The position numbers and the translations under genes are program-made. Shown piece after piece: positions 1-9,384 of a DNA stretch of 27,776 nt. The notes below the pieces were generated by a model. The model was not told the DNA's origin, searched no databases, and was given only the letters and a program-made list of their open reading frames with translations. The stretch's first letter is position 1; each line of letters starts with the position of its first letter. Source of the stretch: Prasinococcaceae sp. CCMP 1430 (taxonomy: Eukaryota; Plantae; Prasinodermophyta); the NCBI GenBank assembly GCA_013416795.1, contig RQSC01000482.1, positions 57,911 through 85,686 on the forward strand. The letters run 5' to 3'.

Positions 1-30
1 CCCCCCCCCCCTCTTCCCACTCTCGCCGCG

Positions 31-2102
31 ATGGCGAGGCGCGGCGCGGCGGGGTGGCGCGCGGCGGTCGCGCTGGTGGCGGTCGCCCTCGCCGCCCAGT
101 GTGCGCGGCTCGCGCACGCCAAGGTGTTCGAGCGTGAGGTCGCGCTGTCGTCGGTCTCCTCGGAGCAAAACCTCGCCAAGTTCTCGTTCTCGCAGGGTGC
201 CGAGGCCGTCGTGCACGGCACATGGCGCATCTCCGAGCGCAAGTACGGCCGGCGCGGGCGGGCGCGGAACAGGCAGCAGAGCTGGGTGCAGGGACGGCAC
301 GCGCTGAAGATTTACCTCTTCGACGACGAAGCCTTTGAGACCTTCAACAAGATGACGGCCGCAGGGTCGCTCTGTGACGAGCGCATGCACCTTGCGTCCG
401 CGTCGCGCGTGCTCAACGTCGCCAATGGCAACGCGGCCAGCGGGGGCAGCTCGCCGGCTGGCGCGCCGCCGATCCCCGAGGACCCCAACGGCTTCACGCT
501 GAAGCTGCCAGAGAACAGGAAGCGCTCGGAGTACTGGTACGTCATCATCGCCGACTGTCAGCTCGAGTGGTACGACGCGCGCAACCTGCCGCCGCTCGCA
601 GTGCGGCTCACCTTCTTCAACGACGGGCAGCACCTGCCCGCGGACGAGGACGGCCTGTTCGCCATTCAGGCGATAGTGCTCGTGACGATGCTGGTGGTTG
701 GGGGGATGCTCGGCGCAGTGGCGATCAATCAGATGGTAAAGGCGGGCAATACAGTCCACCTGCTCGTCATCGTGACCGCCGCGGCGTACGCCCTGCAGGT
801 GGCGAGCATCGCCTCCGAGCTGCTGCACCTCATAGTGTACGCGCGGGACGGCAGGGGGCTTACTTGGAGCAGCAGCTGGATCGCCGCGGACTTCTGGTCG
901 GAGGCGCTCGAGAACCTCAGCGAGCTGGTGACCATCTTCCTGCTGATATTCCTTGCGTGCGGCTGGACGACGACCACGGTTGGCTCTGTTGCCGAGACGG
1001 TCATGGCGGCGGTCGACGCGCCCTCCGGCAGGGTGGCGCCAAAGGCCGGCGCGACCGTCAAGCTCCCGGGGCAGGACAAGGCAGACGCAGCAAAGGAGGC
1101 CACCAAGGATCTCATCAAAGCGGCACAGAAGATGTGGCGCGAGGCCATGGAGGACAATGTCTTCAAGCGACGCGTGTCCGTGGTGGCCGCGGCGCTGCGG
1201 CGCCCGTACAGGATGATGTCGCGCGTTTCTGTGGGATCGGTGGCGGTGGCGGGGGTGGTGTTCGCGCATGTGGTGCTCACGATGCTGGGCCGGCGGTTGG
1301 ATGCGCGCGACGATCTCTTCCATCAGTTCCATGACCACGAGCACTGGCCGGGGCACGCGCTCGTCCTGATGCGCGTGCTGCTGTGGCTGGTATTCATGGC
1401 GGGTGGGTGGGCAACCAAGGTGCGCGCGCGCGAGCGCCGTCCGACGCGCGACCGCAAATACTGCCCAGTGATTACAAAACCCAGGGTTGAGCCGCCCGCG
1501 CCACGGCAGGGACGCTGTGAATTGCAGGTGGGCCTGAGCACGGGGCGCACCCGCCGCCGACACGACGCTGTGAATTGCAGCGCGCGTGCCTCGGTGTGCA
1601 TCGGCGGGGTGAGACACCTAATTGTATGAGAACTGAGGGCAAAGCGGGTGCCATGGCACCGCGCTTGTGTGCGGACCATTGCTCGCACGGGTTCCAGCCG
1701 TGCGCCGCGCGCCGTGGCGCTTGCCGTGCCGCTGACGCCTTGCCGGCGCTCGCTGCCCTCCACGCGCCGCGTCGCTGCTCCGTTCGCGGGCATTTTGGAC
1801 CGCAGATCGGTGCCAGGGGCAGCCAGAGTGTGACCGCGTTCCTCGGCGCGCTCACCATCGTTGGGACGGCGTGGATGCTCGCTTTCCCGCTCGCTGTGTT
1901 CACGGCGGGCATGGTGACGCAGACGAGGCGCCATGCGTACATCACCGTCGTATCGCTCCTCCTCCAGTCGGGTGCGCTGATGGGGTTGACGGTCCTCGTG
2001 ACTGATGAGCGCTTCCGCACGATGTCGACACTGGCGGTTGAATCGGACTCGCTCGACACCAAGCGCGACTCGCGTGGCAGGCCCAAGGTGGCGGTCGACT
2101 AG
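31..2102 (+). CDS. GPR180/TMEM145-like protein (signal peptide, luminal domain, 7TM); exons 31-1419 and 1806-2102
   Basis: Hydrophobic N-terminal signal and a luminal YWYVIIADC motif, followed by hydrophobic helices with GWT after TM3. Donor AAG|GTGCGC at 1420, branch GCTGAC at 1731-1736, acceptor CGCAG at 1805. The phase-0 join restores the last TM helices (IGARGSQSVTAFLGALTIVGTAWMLAFPL), about 561 aa. Confidence 0.78.
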
Positions 2103-2177
2103 ATGCTCGCCCACTCGCCCCGTCGCTGCGAGCACAGCCAGTCGCTGGAAGCGGCGCCTATGGCGCGCGCGGGGCGA

Positions 2178-2182
2178 TGTAA
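2178..2182 (+). promoter_or_regulatory. TGTAA chlorophyte-type polyadenylation signal (candidate)
   Basis: TGTAA lies about 75 nt after the stop at 2102. UGUAA is the established poly(A) signal in chlorophytes. A 5-mer alone is weak evidence. Confidence 0.45.
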
Positions 2183-2337
2183 TCCCATACCCACCCGGCA
2201 CGCACTGGGGCGGGATATCGAACACCACCACACCGCGCGTTCGGACTTCAGAGGCGCATGCGTCCATAAGTTTCGTCACGGGAGTCGCCGCGCGCAGCCA
2301 CGCGCTGGCGAACGGCGCGCGGGCGCTTCCGCGTTTG

Positions 2338-3121
2338 CTAGCCGCTAGGCTCTAGAGACATCACGCTGATGCCGAGCCCGAATGCCGCCGCGCCGCCGCC
2401 TGGCCGTGCCGCCTGCGGGCCGTCCAGTCCGTGGCTGACGCCCGCGCCGTCGCCACCGCCCTCCGCCTTGAACGCGAGCATGAGCTCCTTGAAGCTTGCG
2501 AAGTCGCCCAGCTCGTGCAGCATCTCAAACACGTCGCCCTGCATGCTCGGCCCGCCCTCGCAGTTTCCCCCCTGGCTCTCCTGCTGCTCCTGAAGCATTT
2601 CCATGAACTCGACCATGTCGAAGTCCTCGATGGCCTCAGCGAGCCTGTCGGCGATCAGGGCCTCCATGGTCTCGCAGTACTCCTCGAAGACGGGCGTGTA
2701 TTCGAGCTTGTTCTCGTCGGTGTCCTCGAACAGCTCGCAGTGCGCCAAGCAGAAGGAGCGCTGCGCACCCCGCGGCGCATCGCCGCAGGCGCGCGGGTGT
2801 GCACGTAGCGCGCGCGGATGCGTCAGCGAGCGCTCCCTGGTCCGGCGCAAGAACACGAGCTCGCAGGCAGGCCCAGGCAGGTGTGCGCAGGAGCGGCGGC
2901 CCCACGCGCACCCTTGCGCGCCCGCGCACCTGCGCGCCGACGAAGCTCTCGTCGCACATGATGTCCTCGAGGGCGCCGATGACGGCATCGAACTTGTTCG
3001 TAGCCGCGTCCCTACCCCCACTCGCACCCATCACCACGTCGTCCTCGGCTGCCGCGCCGCCCTTGGCCGCCGCGCCCGCCGGCGCGGCGCCGTTGATGAT
3101 GTCGCACAGCTCGCCGCGCAT
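2338..3121 (-). CDS. ARL2BP: ARL2-binding protein (BART domain); exons 3121-2930 and 2760-2338
   Basis: Spliced product contains FDAVIGALEDIM..F...QRSF...FEDTDENKLEYTPVFEEY...GDVFEMLHELGDFASFKELM, matching the BART family. The intron 2929-2761 is GT-AG, phase 0, with a GCTGAC branch motif (plus-strand gtcagc at 2822-2827). Confidence 0.92.
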
Positions 3122-3444
3122 GCTCTGCGTCTCCTCCCTTCACACCCGCGCACACCCCCTTTCCCGCGGCCGTTCCCCACGCCCGCGGCGCGCAAGTGCG
3201 GAGCCCCAGACGATTAGACTTCCACGCTCCCTCCCCTCCCTCCTACCCCCTTCAATCCCCCTCCGTCAGGCGGCGCGCGCTCCCGCCAGCGAGGGCTCCG
3301 GCGGTGGCCCGGCGCCGCGCGCGCGCTGTGGCGCGCGAGCGCGCGCGCATTGACCGCGCGGCGCGGATTTGAGGTCAGATCTCAACCCCCAACTCCATCT
3401 CCGGTTCAAGACAATACAATGTAAACATATTTCCCTCCTTTTAT

Positions 3445-3452
3445 AAACCCTA
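3445..3452 (+). promoter_or_regulatory. telo-box-like AAACCCTA in an AT-rich divergent intergenic region
   Basis: Exact AAACCCTA between the ARL2BP start and the next plus-strand gene. Confidence 0.4.
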
Positions 3453-3939
3453 ATTTCGTGTAAAGTGAGGCAAGTTTTGTTGGACGGAGGCGCTTGACGA
3501 ACGCTCATATCAAATCGAAAGGGCTGGAGTTCCTCTTCGAATTGATATAAATCATATCAAAACGAATGCTCAATGCTAATGAATGATGGTGATCCCAACG
3601 GCTTTTTGACACGTGGGGCGCCTTTTGGGCCTTTTCCCCGCGTTTTGATGGCGCGCGTGCAAACAAAAAGCAGGAAAAAAATCAGCTGCGGCCGGTCGGG
3701 GGGGCGATCTTGCCTCATCCCCGGATAGCCCATCGAAATGGTAAATTCTCCGCGGTTTTATTACTCAAAGTGAATTATTACTTCGGAAGACGCAGAGTCG
3801 AAAATGTCGCCCACGTGGGTGGCGAGAAGCGCCGCGAGGCGACGTGCGACGGCGCGCGCGCGCGCGCTGCGCGGCTTCGCGCGCTCGCGGTGATTTGAAC
3901 GAGGATTCCATCCAGGAAAGGTAGGTCAGTGCGAATTGG

Positions 3940-4464
3940 TTGACCGAAGTTGGATTCGCTCCATGTAATTGGGGGTCGCGACGCGACGCACGCGCGCGCG
4001 CGCGCCTGCTGCGCGCGTGCGGGCGCGCAGGCGCCACAGGGTGCCAGCCGCTGCCGGCCGCGCGCGAGCCGCGCGGCGCGCCGGGCGGATTCACCGGGGA
4101 CGAGCTGCTGGCTGAGTACGCCGACTCGATGGTCGAGCCGGCCGAGTGCTCGCAACGGCCGCCTGAGCGCGCAACGCCAGGGGGGTTCACCGGGGATGAG
4201 CTGCTCGCGGAGTACGCCGACTCGATGGTCGAGCCGGCGCTCTCCTCGCCGCCGCCCGAGCGCGCCGCGGTGCGCCGCGGCATGGTACGCCCCGCCACGC
4301 GCGAGGCCAAGCGGCTGTTGCGCTCGGAGCAGGCGCTGGCGGCGGCAGCCGGTGCTGATGTTGACGCGCAGCTAAACGAGGACAGAGAAGGTGACACTGC
4401 CGCCGCGCAGGAGGGCGCTGAGGATGCGCCCGGATGCGAGGGCCCCGGCGGCGCGCTCGCGTAG
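3940..4464 (+). CDS. hypothetical protein with an internal repeat; true start unresolved
   Basis: Open frame with GC3-rich codons from about 4080 and a repeat that differs only at synonymous sites. The first in-frame ATG is at 4129. A possible 5' intron runs from 3921 (GTAGGT) to 4030 or 4039. Confidence 0.45.
   Translation: MTEVGFAPCNWGSRRDARARARLLRACGRAGATGCQPLPAAREPRGAPGGFTGDELLAEYADSMVEPAECSQRPPERATPGGFTGDELLAEYADSMVEPALSSPPPERAAVRRGMVRPATREAKRLLRSEQALAAAAGADVDAQLNEDREGDTAAAQEGAEDAPGCEGPGGALA
4081..4239 (+). repeat. 63-nt direct repeat (4081-4143 and 4177-4239), period 96 nt, encoding PGGFTGDELLAEYADSMVEPA twice
   Basis: Direct comparison shows 7 mismatches, all at third codon positions and all synonymous. 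Confidence 0.95.
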
Positions 4465-4811
4465 CGCGTGCGGCGGCATGGCCGCAGCAGCCGTGCTGGC
4501 TCGCGCACGCTTTCGCAAGCGGCGCGGACATGCCGACTCATTTAGCAAGCCCTCGTGGGAGGGCACGAGGGCACAGCCTGGGCACCAGGATGCACCACAC
4601 CACTTAATACTGAGACGCACATTTTGTCGCGCGGTCCTCGCGCGCACGCGTGGGGCCGGGCATGCGCGGGGTAGAGGCCGCCTGTGGCGGAGGTGAGGTG
4701 CACCGCGACACACGCAAGGAAGTGGCGTGATGGCATGCGATTGTTGGTACAGATGGTACACGCGACGCCGGCGGCCGCGGCCCGGCCGCAGCGGCGCCCG
4801 GGGGGGGGCGC

Positions 4812-6787
4812 TCACACCGCGAATGAGCGCACGCGCTCGGAGATGTCTATGCGGCATATTGGGCACTCGGTGACGCTGTAAGCGCACCTCTGGCAGAGCA
4901 TCGTGTGCCCGCACGGCCGCAACAGCACCTCGATATCGTTGGCCATGCAGATCCTGCAGAGGCGCGGGTTGGGGTCGCCTTCGCCTTCGCCGCCGCTCTT
5001 AGCCTCGCGCCGCTGCTGGTTGAGGATGCGCAGGCGCGGGCCCTTGGGCAAGCCGAGCTCCTTCAAGTCTTCTTCGGACATCATCATGATGAGCTCCCGC
5101 GAATCCACGCGCTCTCCCCTGAACGTGTCAACGTACGCGTGCAGCTGCAGCGACTGCAGCCAGCGGCGCACGTCGGCGAACGCGCGCTCGAAGGCGTCGT
5201 CCGGCGCGCTTGCACGGTGCGGCCGCGTCTCCGACGCCCCGGGCGCCGAGCCTGACCGCGCCCGCGAAGGTGATGACGATGCTGACGATGCGTGGCCATC
5301 CCCCCGTGCATGCGCGTCGCCCTCGGTGCTCGCGCCCGTGTCCCCCGTGGTGGGCCCTCCCGCGGTGGCCTTGAAGAGGCCCGCTCCCTTGTACTTGCCC
5401 GTGCCCTTGAGCTTTTCGGGCACGGGGATCGCCATGTTTACGTCGATGGACCCGTGCGTGTACGCTCCAGAGGTGCCGGGGCTGGTGGTTTTCGAGCCGA
5501 TGCCGCTGCTTTGGGCGGCCGCGCGCTCTGCTGCGGCGACCGCTGCGGCGGTCGCACCTGCGGGTCGTTGCGCGCCACATGCCGCGCAGAAACGGTCGAG
5601 AATGTGGTTGTTGAGCGTGCAATTGCTGCAGGCCCACACGCTCTCCGCGGACTCATCCACGCCGTCGGGCGGTGCGCCAGGTGGGGGCGCGGACACGGGC
5701 GAGTGCATGGCGGCGGAAGCCAACGCGAGCGTCCTCTCCTCGGCGGCATCCTTCTGGACCTCAAATGCATCCGCGTCTGCGTCTTTGTTCCTTGCGCCGC
5801 CGCTGGGTGAGGTTGGGTTGCTGCTGCCCATTCTCTGAGACGAAAGCCCGGGCTAGGGGCGAGCGCCGCACGCGGCGTCTTGTCAGCCCCACGGCATGCA
5901 CGCACTCTCGCGCGTGCGCAGAAGCGCCGGCGCGGCTCTCTCACCTTGTCCCAAAATGCGTTCTCGCCGTCGCCCTTGGAGCGATTGAGCGATTCGAGCA
6001 GCTTGCCCTCTGCGTCTTCGCTCATTTCTTCCATTATGGCGGCCGCCGCATCCGCGCGCGACTGCATGGCGAGGTATAGATACTGCGCCGCCTGCATCAG
6101 GCGCGGCTGGTGCGACACAATCACCTGGAAGTCCACGTACGACAGGCTCTGCCGCCGCCCTGCGAGGTCGTCCACCTCCTTGCGCAGCTGCGGGTCCGAT
6201 CGCACCACCTGGCTCCATTCCTGGTTGCCCGCGCCCGTTTTGACCTCCTTCAACGAGCGCCGCACCTTGGGCTTGACTTGCGCGCGCACGCCTTTGACGA
6301 CGCGGCGCACCTTGGGTGGCGCGAGCGTGTACTTCGAGGGGTCCGTGCGCAGCGCGTTCTTGAGCGCCTGGTAGAGCTCGTCCTTGTCCAGCGTGCCATC
6401 ACCGTCGAGGTCGAAGAGCCGATACGCGAACTGCACCACGCGCTCGAAGTCCTCACTCGCAAACTTGCTCAGGCCGTAGACAAACTCGCGGAAGCCGACC
6501 TGCCCCGAATTATCGAGGTCAAAGATGCGCACCAGGCGGTTGGTGTAGGCGTCGCGCCCGAGGCCGAGCGCCCTGCAGAAGCCGTCGTGGTCCAACTGCC
6601 CTTGGGCGTCGGGCACGCCCTCGTAGTAGATGTCATACACCTCCTCGGCGAGCTCGCGGTTGACGCCCGCGTCGCGCACTAGCCAGTTGAACGAATGGCG
6701 CCGCTTAGGCTCGTACTTGCGCGCCCGCGCCGCCCCAGCCCGCCCCCCGCCGCTATGCTCCGCAGCCGTCGAGCACCCGGATCCCAT
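4812..6787 (-). CDS. predicted N-acylated calcineurin-B-like EF-hand + NZF (RanBP2-type) zinc finger + SAM + RING E3 ligase; exons 6787-5945 and 5834-4812 (about 621 aa)
   Basis: Starts MGSGCS. EF loops DLDNSGQVGFRE and DLDGDGTLDKDE; NZF WACSNCTLNNHILDRFCAAC; SAM VRRWLQSLQLHAYVDTF..EEDLKELGLPKGPRLRIL; RING CRICMANDIEVLLRPCGHTMLCQRCAYSVTECPICR. The intron 5944-5835 is GTGAGA...GCTGAC...TCTCAG and is phase 0 on both sides. The domains are secure; the fusion depends on the predicted intron. Confidence 0.82.
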
Positions 6788-6843
6788 CGCCGCCGCGCGC
6801 CACGCGCGCCGCCGCGTCACCACGGCATCTGCCCCTCCCCCCC

Positions 6844-6874
6844 NNNNNNNNNNNNNNNNNNNNNNNNNNNNNNN
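6844..6874. other. assembly gap (31 N) flanked by C-runs
   Basis: N run in the sequence. Confidence 1.
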
Positions 6875-7140
6875 CCCCTTCCCCCTTTCCCTCTGTCGCC
6901 GCCGCCGCCGCTGCCCGCGTGCGCGCGCCCTCGGAGCGGCGGGCGGGCCCCGCTTCGACGGTGGGCGTGCGCGGAGTGCGGAGCGAGCCGCGGCGAGCGG
7001 GTGGCGTGCGGCAGAGGGAAGGGCAGGCGGATGGATGGGGGATGGGGTGCGGGTCGAGCGCGCGCGCGCTGTGGCGGCAACCGCAAGCGAGCCATCGAGG
7101 AACACGGCGGCCCGGGGGGAACCACCAACTTCTGATCCAT

Positions 7141-7148
7141 AAACCCTA
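7141..7148 (+). promoter_or_regulatory. telo-box-like AAACCCTA upstream of Twinkle
   Basis: Exact AAACCCTA about 100 nt upstream of the ATG at 7250. Confidence 0.4.
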
Positions 7149-7249
7149 TACCCTAACAATCTCCCGCGTTCTGTTCATGCAGGGTGTAACCTTTATGGCC
7201 CTGACGATGCGCGCGCTGCCCAGGTCGAAACGCATGCGCGCGGGGACGG

Positions 7250-9316
7250 ATGGCAGGCGGCGGCCGCGGCGGTGGTGGCGGCAGCGGCGCGAGTGCGGGC
7301 GGAGGCGGCGCGGTCGACATTGTCGCGCAGCTCGCCCGACGCGGCGTGCAGCTGTCCCCGTCGCACCGCACGGGCGAGTGGACGCGTGCGGTGTGCCCCG
7401 CGTGCGAGGGCGGCTCGACGGGAGAGCGCTCCCTCGCGGTCTACGTCGACGACGGCGGCGCGCACTACCACTGCTTCCGCGCGAGCTGCGGGCACAAGGG
7501 CACCATCGGCGCGCCCTCGGCGTCGGGCGAAAGGAGTGGGAGCGACGGCGGGGCACAGTCGAGCGGCACTGAGGTCGATGTGGACGCTGCCGAGCGGCGG
7601 CGCGCCGAGGCTGCGCGGCCGCAACCGTCCCTCCTGCCCCTCAACGAGAAGGCGCTCGCGTTCTTCGCGTCGCGACACATCTCGGAGGCGACGCTTCGCG
7701 AGGCGGGCGTGGCGATGGAGCGCGTGTACTCGCCGCCGGCGGGCGAGCACGTGAGGGCCATAGCCTTTCCGTACTACTACGACGGCGAGATCGTCAATAT
7801 CAAGTACCGCGGTCCTCAGAAGACCTTTTGGCAAGTCAAGGGCGCGCTCAAGGTTCTCTACGGCATGGAGGGCGTCAATCCCGAGGACGACTCGGAGCCC
7901 TTGGTCATCGTGGAGGGCGAGATGGACCGACTGGCGCTCATCGAGGCGGGCGTGCGCGGCGCGGTGAGCGTGCCCGACGGCGCGCCGCCGAAAGCGAAGG
8001 GAGGCGCGCTGCCGCCGCGCGAGCGCGACACCAAGTACGAGTACCTTTGGAATTGCCGGCAGGTGCTCGACACGCGCAAGCGCATCGTGCTGGCGACGGA
8101 CGCGGACGGCCCGGGGCGCGCGCTCGCCGAGGAGCTCGAACGGCGCGTGGGGCGCGAGCGATGCTCACGCGTGCGCTGGCCGGAGGGGTGCAAGGACGCG
8201 AATGACGTGCTGGTGGCGCACGGGCCCGACGCGCTCCGCTCTCTTATCGACGAGGCGAAGCCCACTCCCATACGCGGGCTTTTCGATTTCAGCGCATTTT
8301 CGGACGAGATTGACGACTACTACAACCTCGAGGTGGGCGAGGAGGAGCGAGGCATTTCGACGGGCTGGAGTGCGTTGGATGATATATACAAGGTGGTACC
8401 CGGTGAGCTCACTGTTATCACAGGCGTGCCCAACTCTGGCAAGAGCGAGTGGCTTGACGCGCTCTGCGTCAATCTGTGCCTGTCGCAAGGGTGGAGCGTT
8501 GCCATGTGCTCAATGGAGAACCGCGTGCCCGACCACGCGCGGAAATTGCTTGAAAAGGCGGTCGGGCGCACGTTCTTCGAGCCGGCGCGGCCCCGTCCTG
8601 GTGGCGGGCCTGGGCGCATGTCGGCCGGGGAGCTTGAGCTCGGAAAGCAATGGCTCAACGAGCACATATACCTGATCAGATGTGAGGATGATGTGCTGCC
8701 TTCAGTTGATTGGGTGCTGCAGCTCGCGCGCGCAGCGGTGTTCAGGCACGCCGTGCGCGGGCTCGTGATAGACCCGTACAACGAGCTCAGCCACCAGCGC
8801 CCCTCGTCGATGACCGAGACTGAGTACGTGAGCCAGATGCTCACTAAGGTCAAGCGCTTCGCGCAGCACAACAAAGTGCACGTATGGTTCGTGGCGCACC
8901 CGCGACAGATGCACAACTACGCTGGAGAGCCGCCTTCGATGTACGACATCGCTGGCTCGGCACACTTCATCAACAAGGCCGACAACGGCCTGGTGGTGCA
9001 CCGCGTTCCAGACTCCAATGAGGTGCAGATACTCGTGCGCAAAGTGCGCAACAAGAACGCCGGCACGCAGGGCGAGGCGTCGCTGTACTATTCGCACGCC
9101 ACAGGCACGTACTCGGACAACCCGGACATGTCCAAATCCATCGATCAGATCCTCGGAGCCGAGGGCAACGTCGGTGCAGGGGTCGAGGGGCTTGGCGGTG
9201 GGCGCAGGCGCGCCAATGGCGGCCGAGTGAACGGGGACGGCAGTGACAGCGGCGGCGGCGGCGGCGCGCCGGAGCAAGTGCCGCCGCTACCAGCCGAATT
9301 CTTGCCACCCTCCTAG
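7250..9316 (+). CDS. TWINKLE: Twinkle organellar DNA primase-helicase (plant type); the N-terminus may be incomplete
   Basis: Zn-binding domain CPACEG...HCFRASC; TOPRIM motifs LVIVEGEMD and VLATDADGPG; SF4 helicase Walker A GVPNSGKS, Walker B LVIDPYN and FVAHP. Uninterrupted 688-aa ORF. Confidence 0.96.
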   Translation: MAGGGRGGGGGSGASAGGGGAVDIVAQLARRGVQLSPSHRTGEWTRAVCPACEGGSTGERSLAVYVDDGGAHYHCFRASCGHKGTIGAPSASGERSGSDGGAQSSGTEVDVDAAERRRAEAARPQPSLLPLNEKALAFFASRHISEATLREAGVAMERVYSPPAGEHVRAIAFPYYYDGEIVNIKYRGPQKTFWQVKGALKVLYGMEGVNPEDDSEPLVIVEGEMDRLALIEAGVRGAVSVPDGAPPKAKGGALPPRERDTKYEYLWNCRQVLDTRKRIVLATDADGPGRALAEELERRVGRERCSRVRWPEGCKDANDVLVAHGPDALRSLIDEAKPTPIRGLFDFSAFSDEIDDYYNLEVGEEERGISTGWSALDDIYKVVPGELTVITGVPNSGKSEWLDALCVNLCLSQGWSVAMCSMENRVPDHARKLLEKAVGRTFFEPARPRPGGGPGRMSAGELELGKQWLNEHIYLIRCEDDVLPSVDWVLQLARAAVFRHAVRGLVIDPYNELSHQRPSSMTETEYVSQMLTKVKRFAQHNKVHVWFVAHPRQMHNYAGEPPSMYDIAGSAHFINKADNGLVVHRVPDSNEVQILVRKVRNKNAGTQGEASLYYSHATGTYSDNPDMSKSIDQILGAEGNVGAGVEGLGGGRRRANGGRVNGDGSDSGGGGGAPEQVPPLPAEFLPPS

Positions 9317-9384
9317 CTAGGAGAAGTACTTGTACAATACACTCTCTTCAATCAGCTTCGCGCGGGCGCGAGGGCTCGCGCGAT

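Noticed and set aside
4812-5831. Stand-alone NZF-SAM-RING gene starting at ATG 5831
   Set aside because: Only about 110 nt separate it from an open upstream frame that has no stop, and that gap has all the intron signals in the correct phase. The fusion model is preferred, though an internal start cannot be fully excluded.
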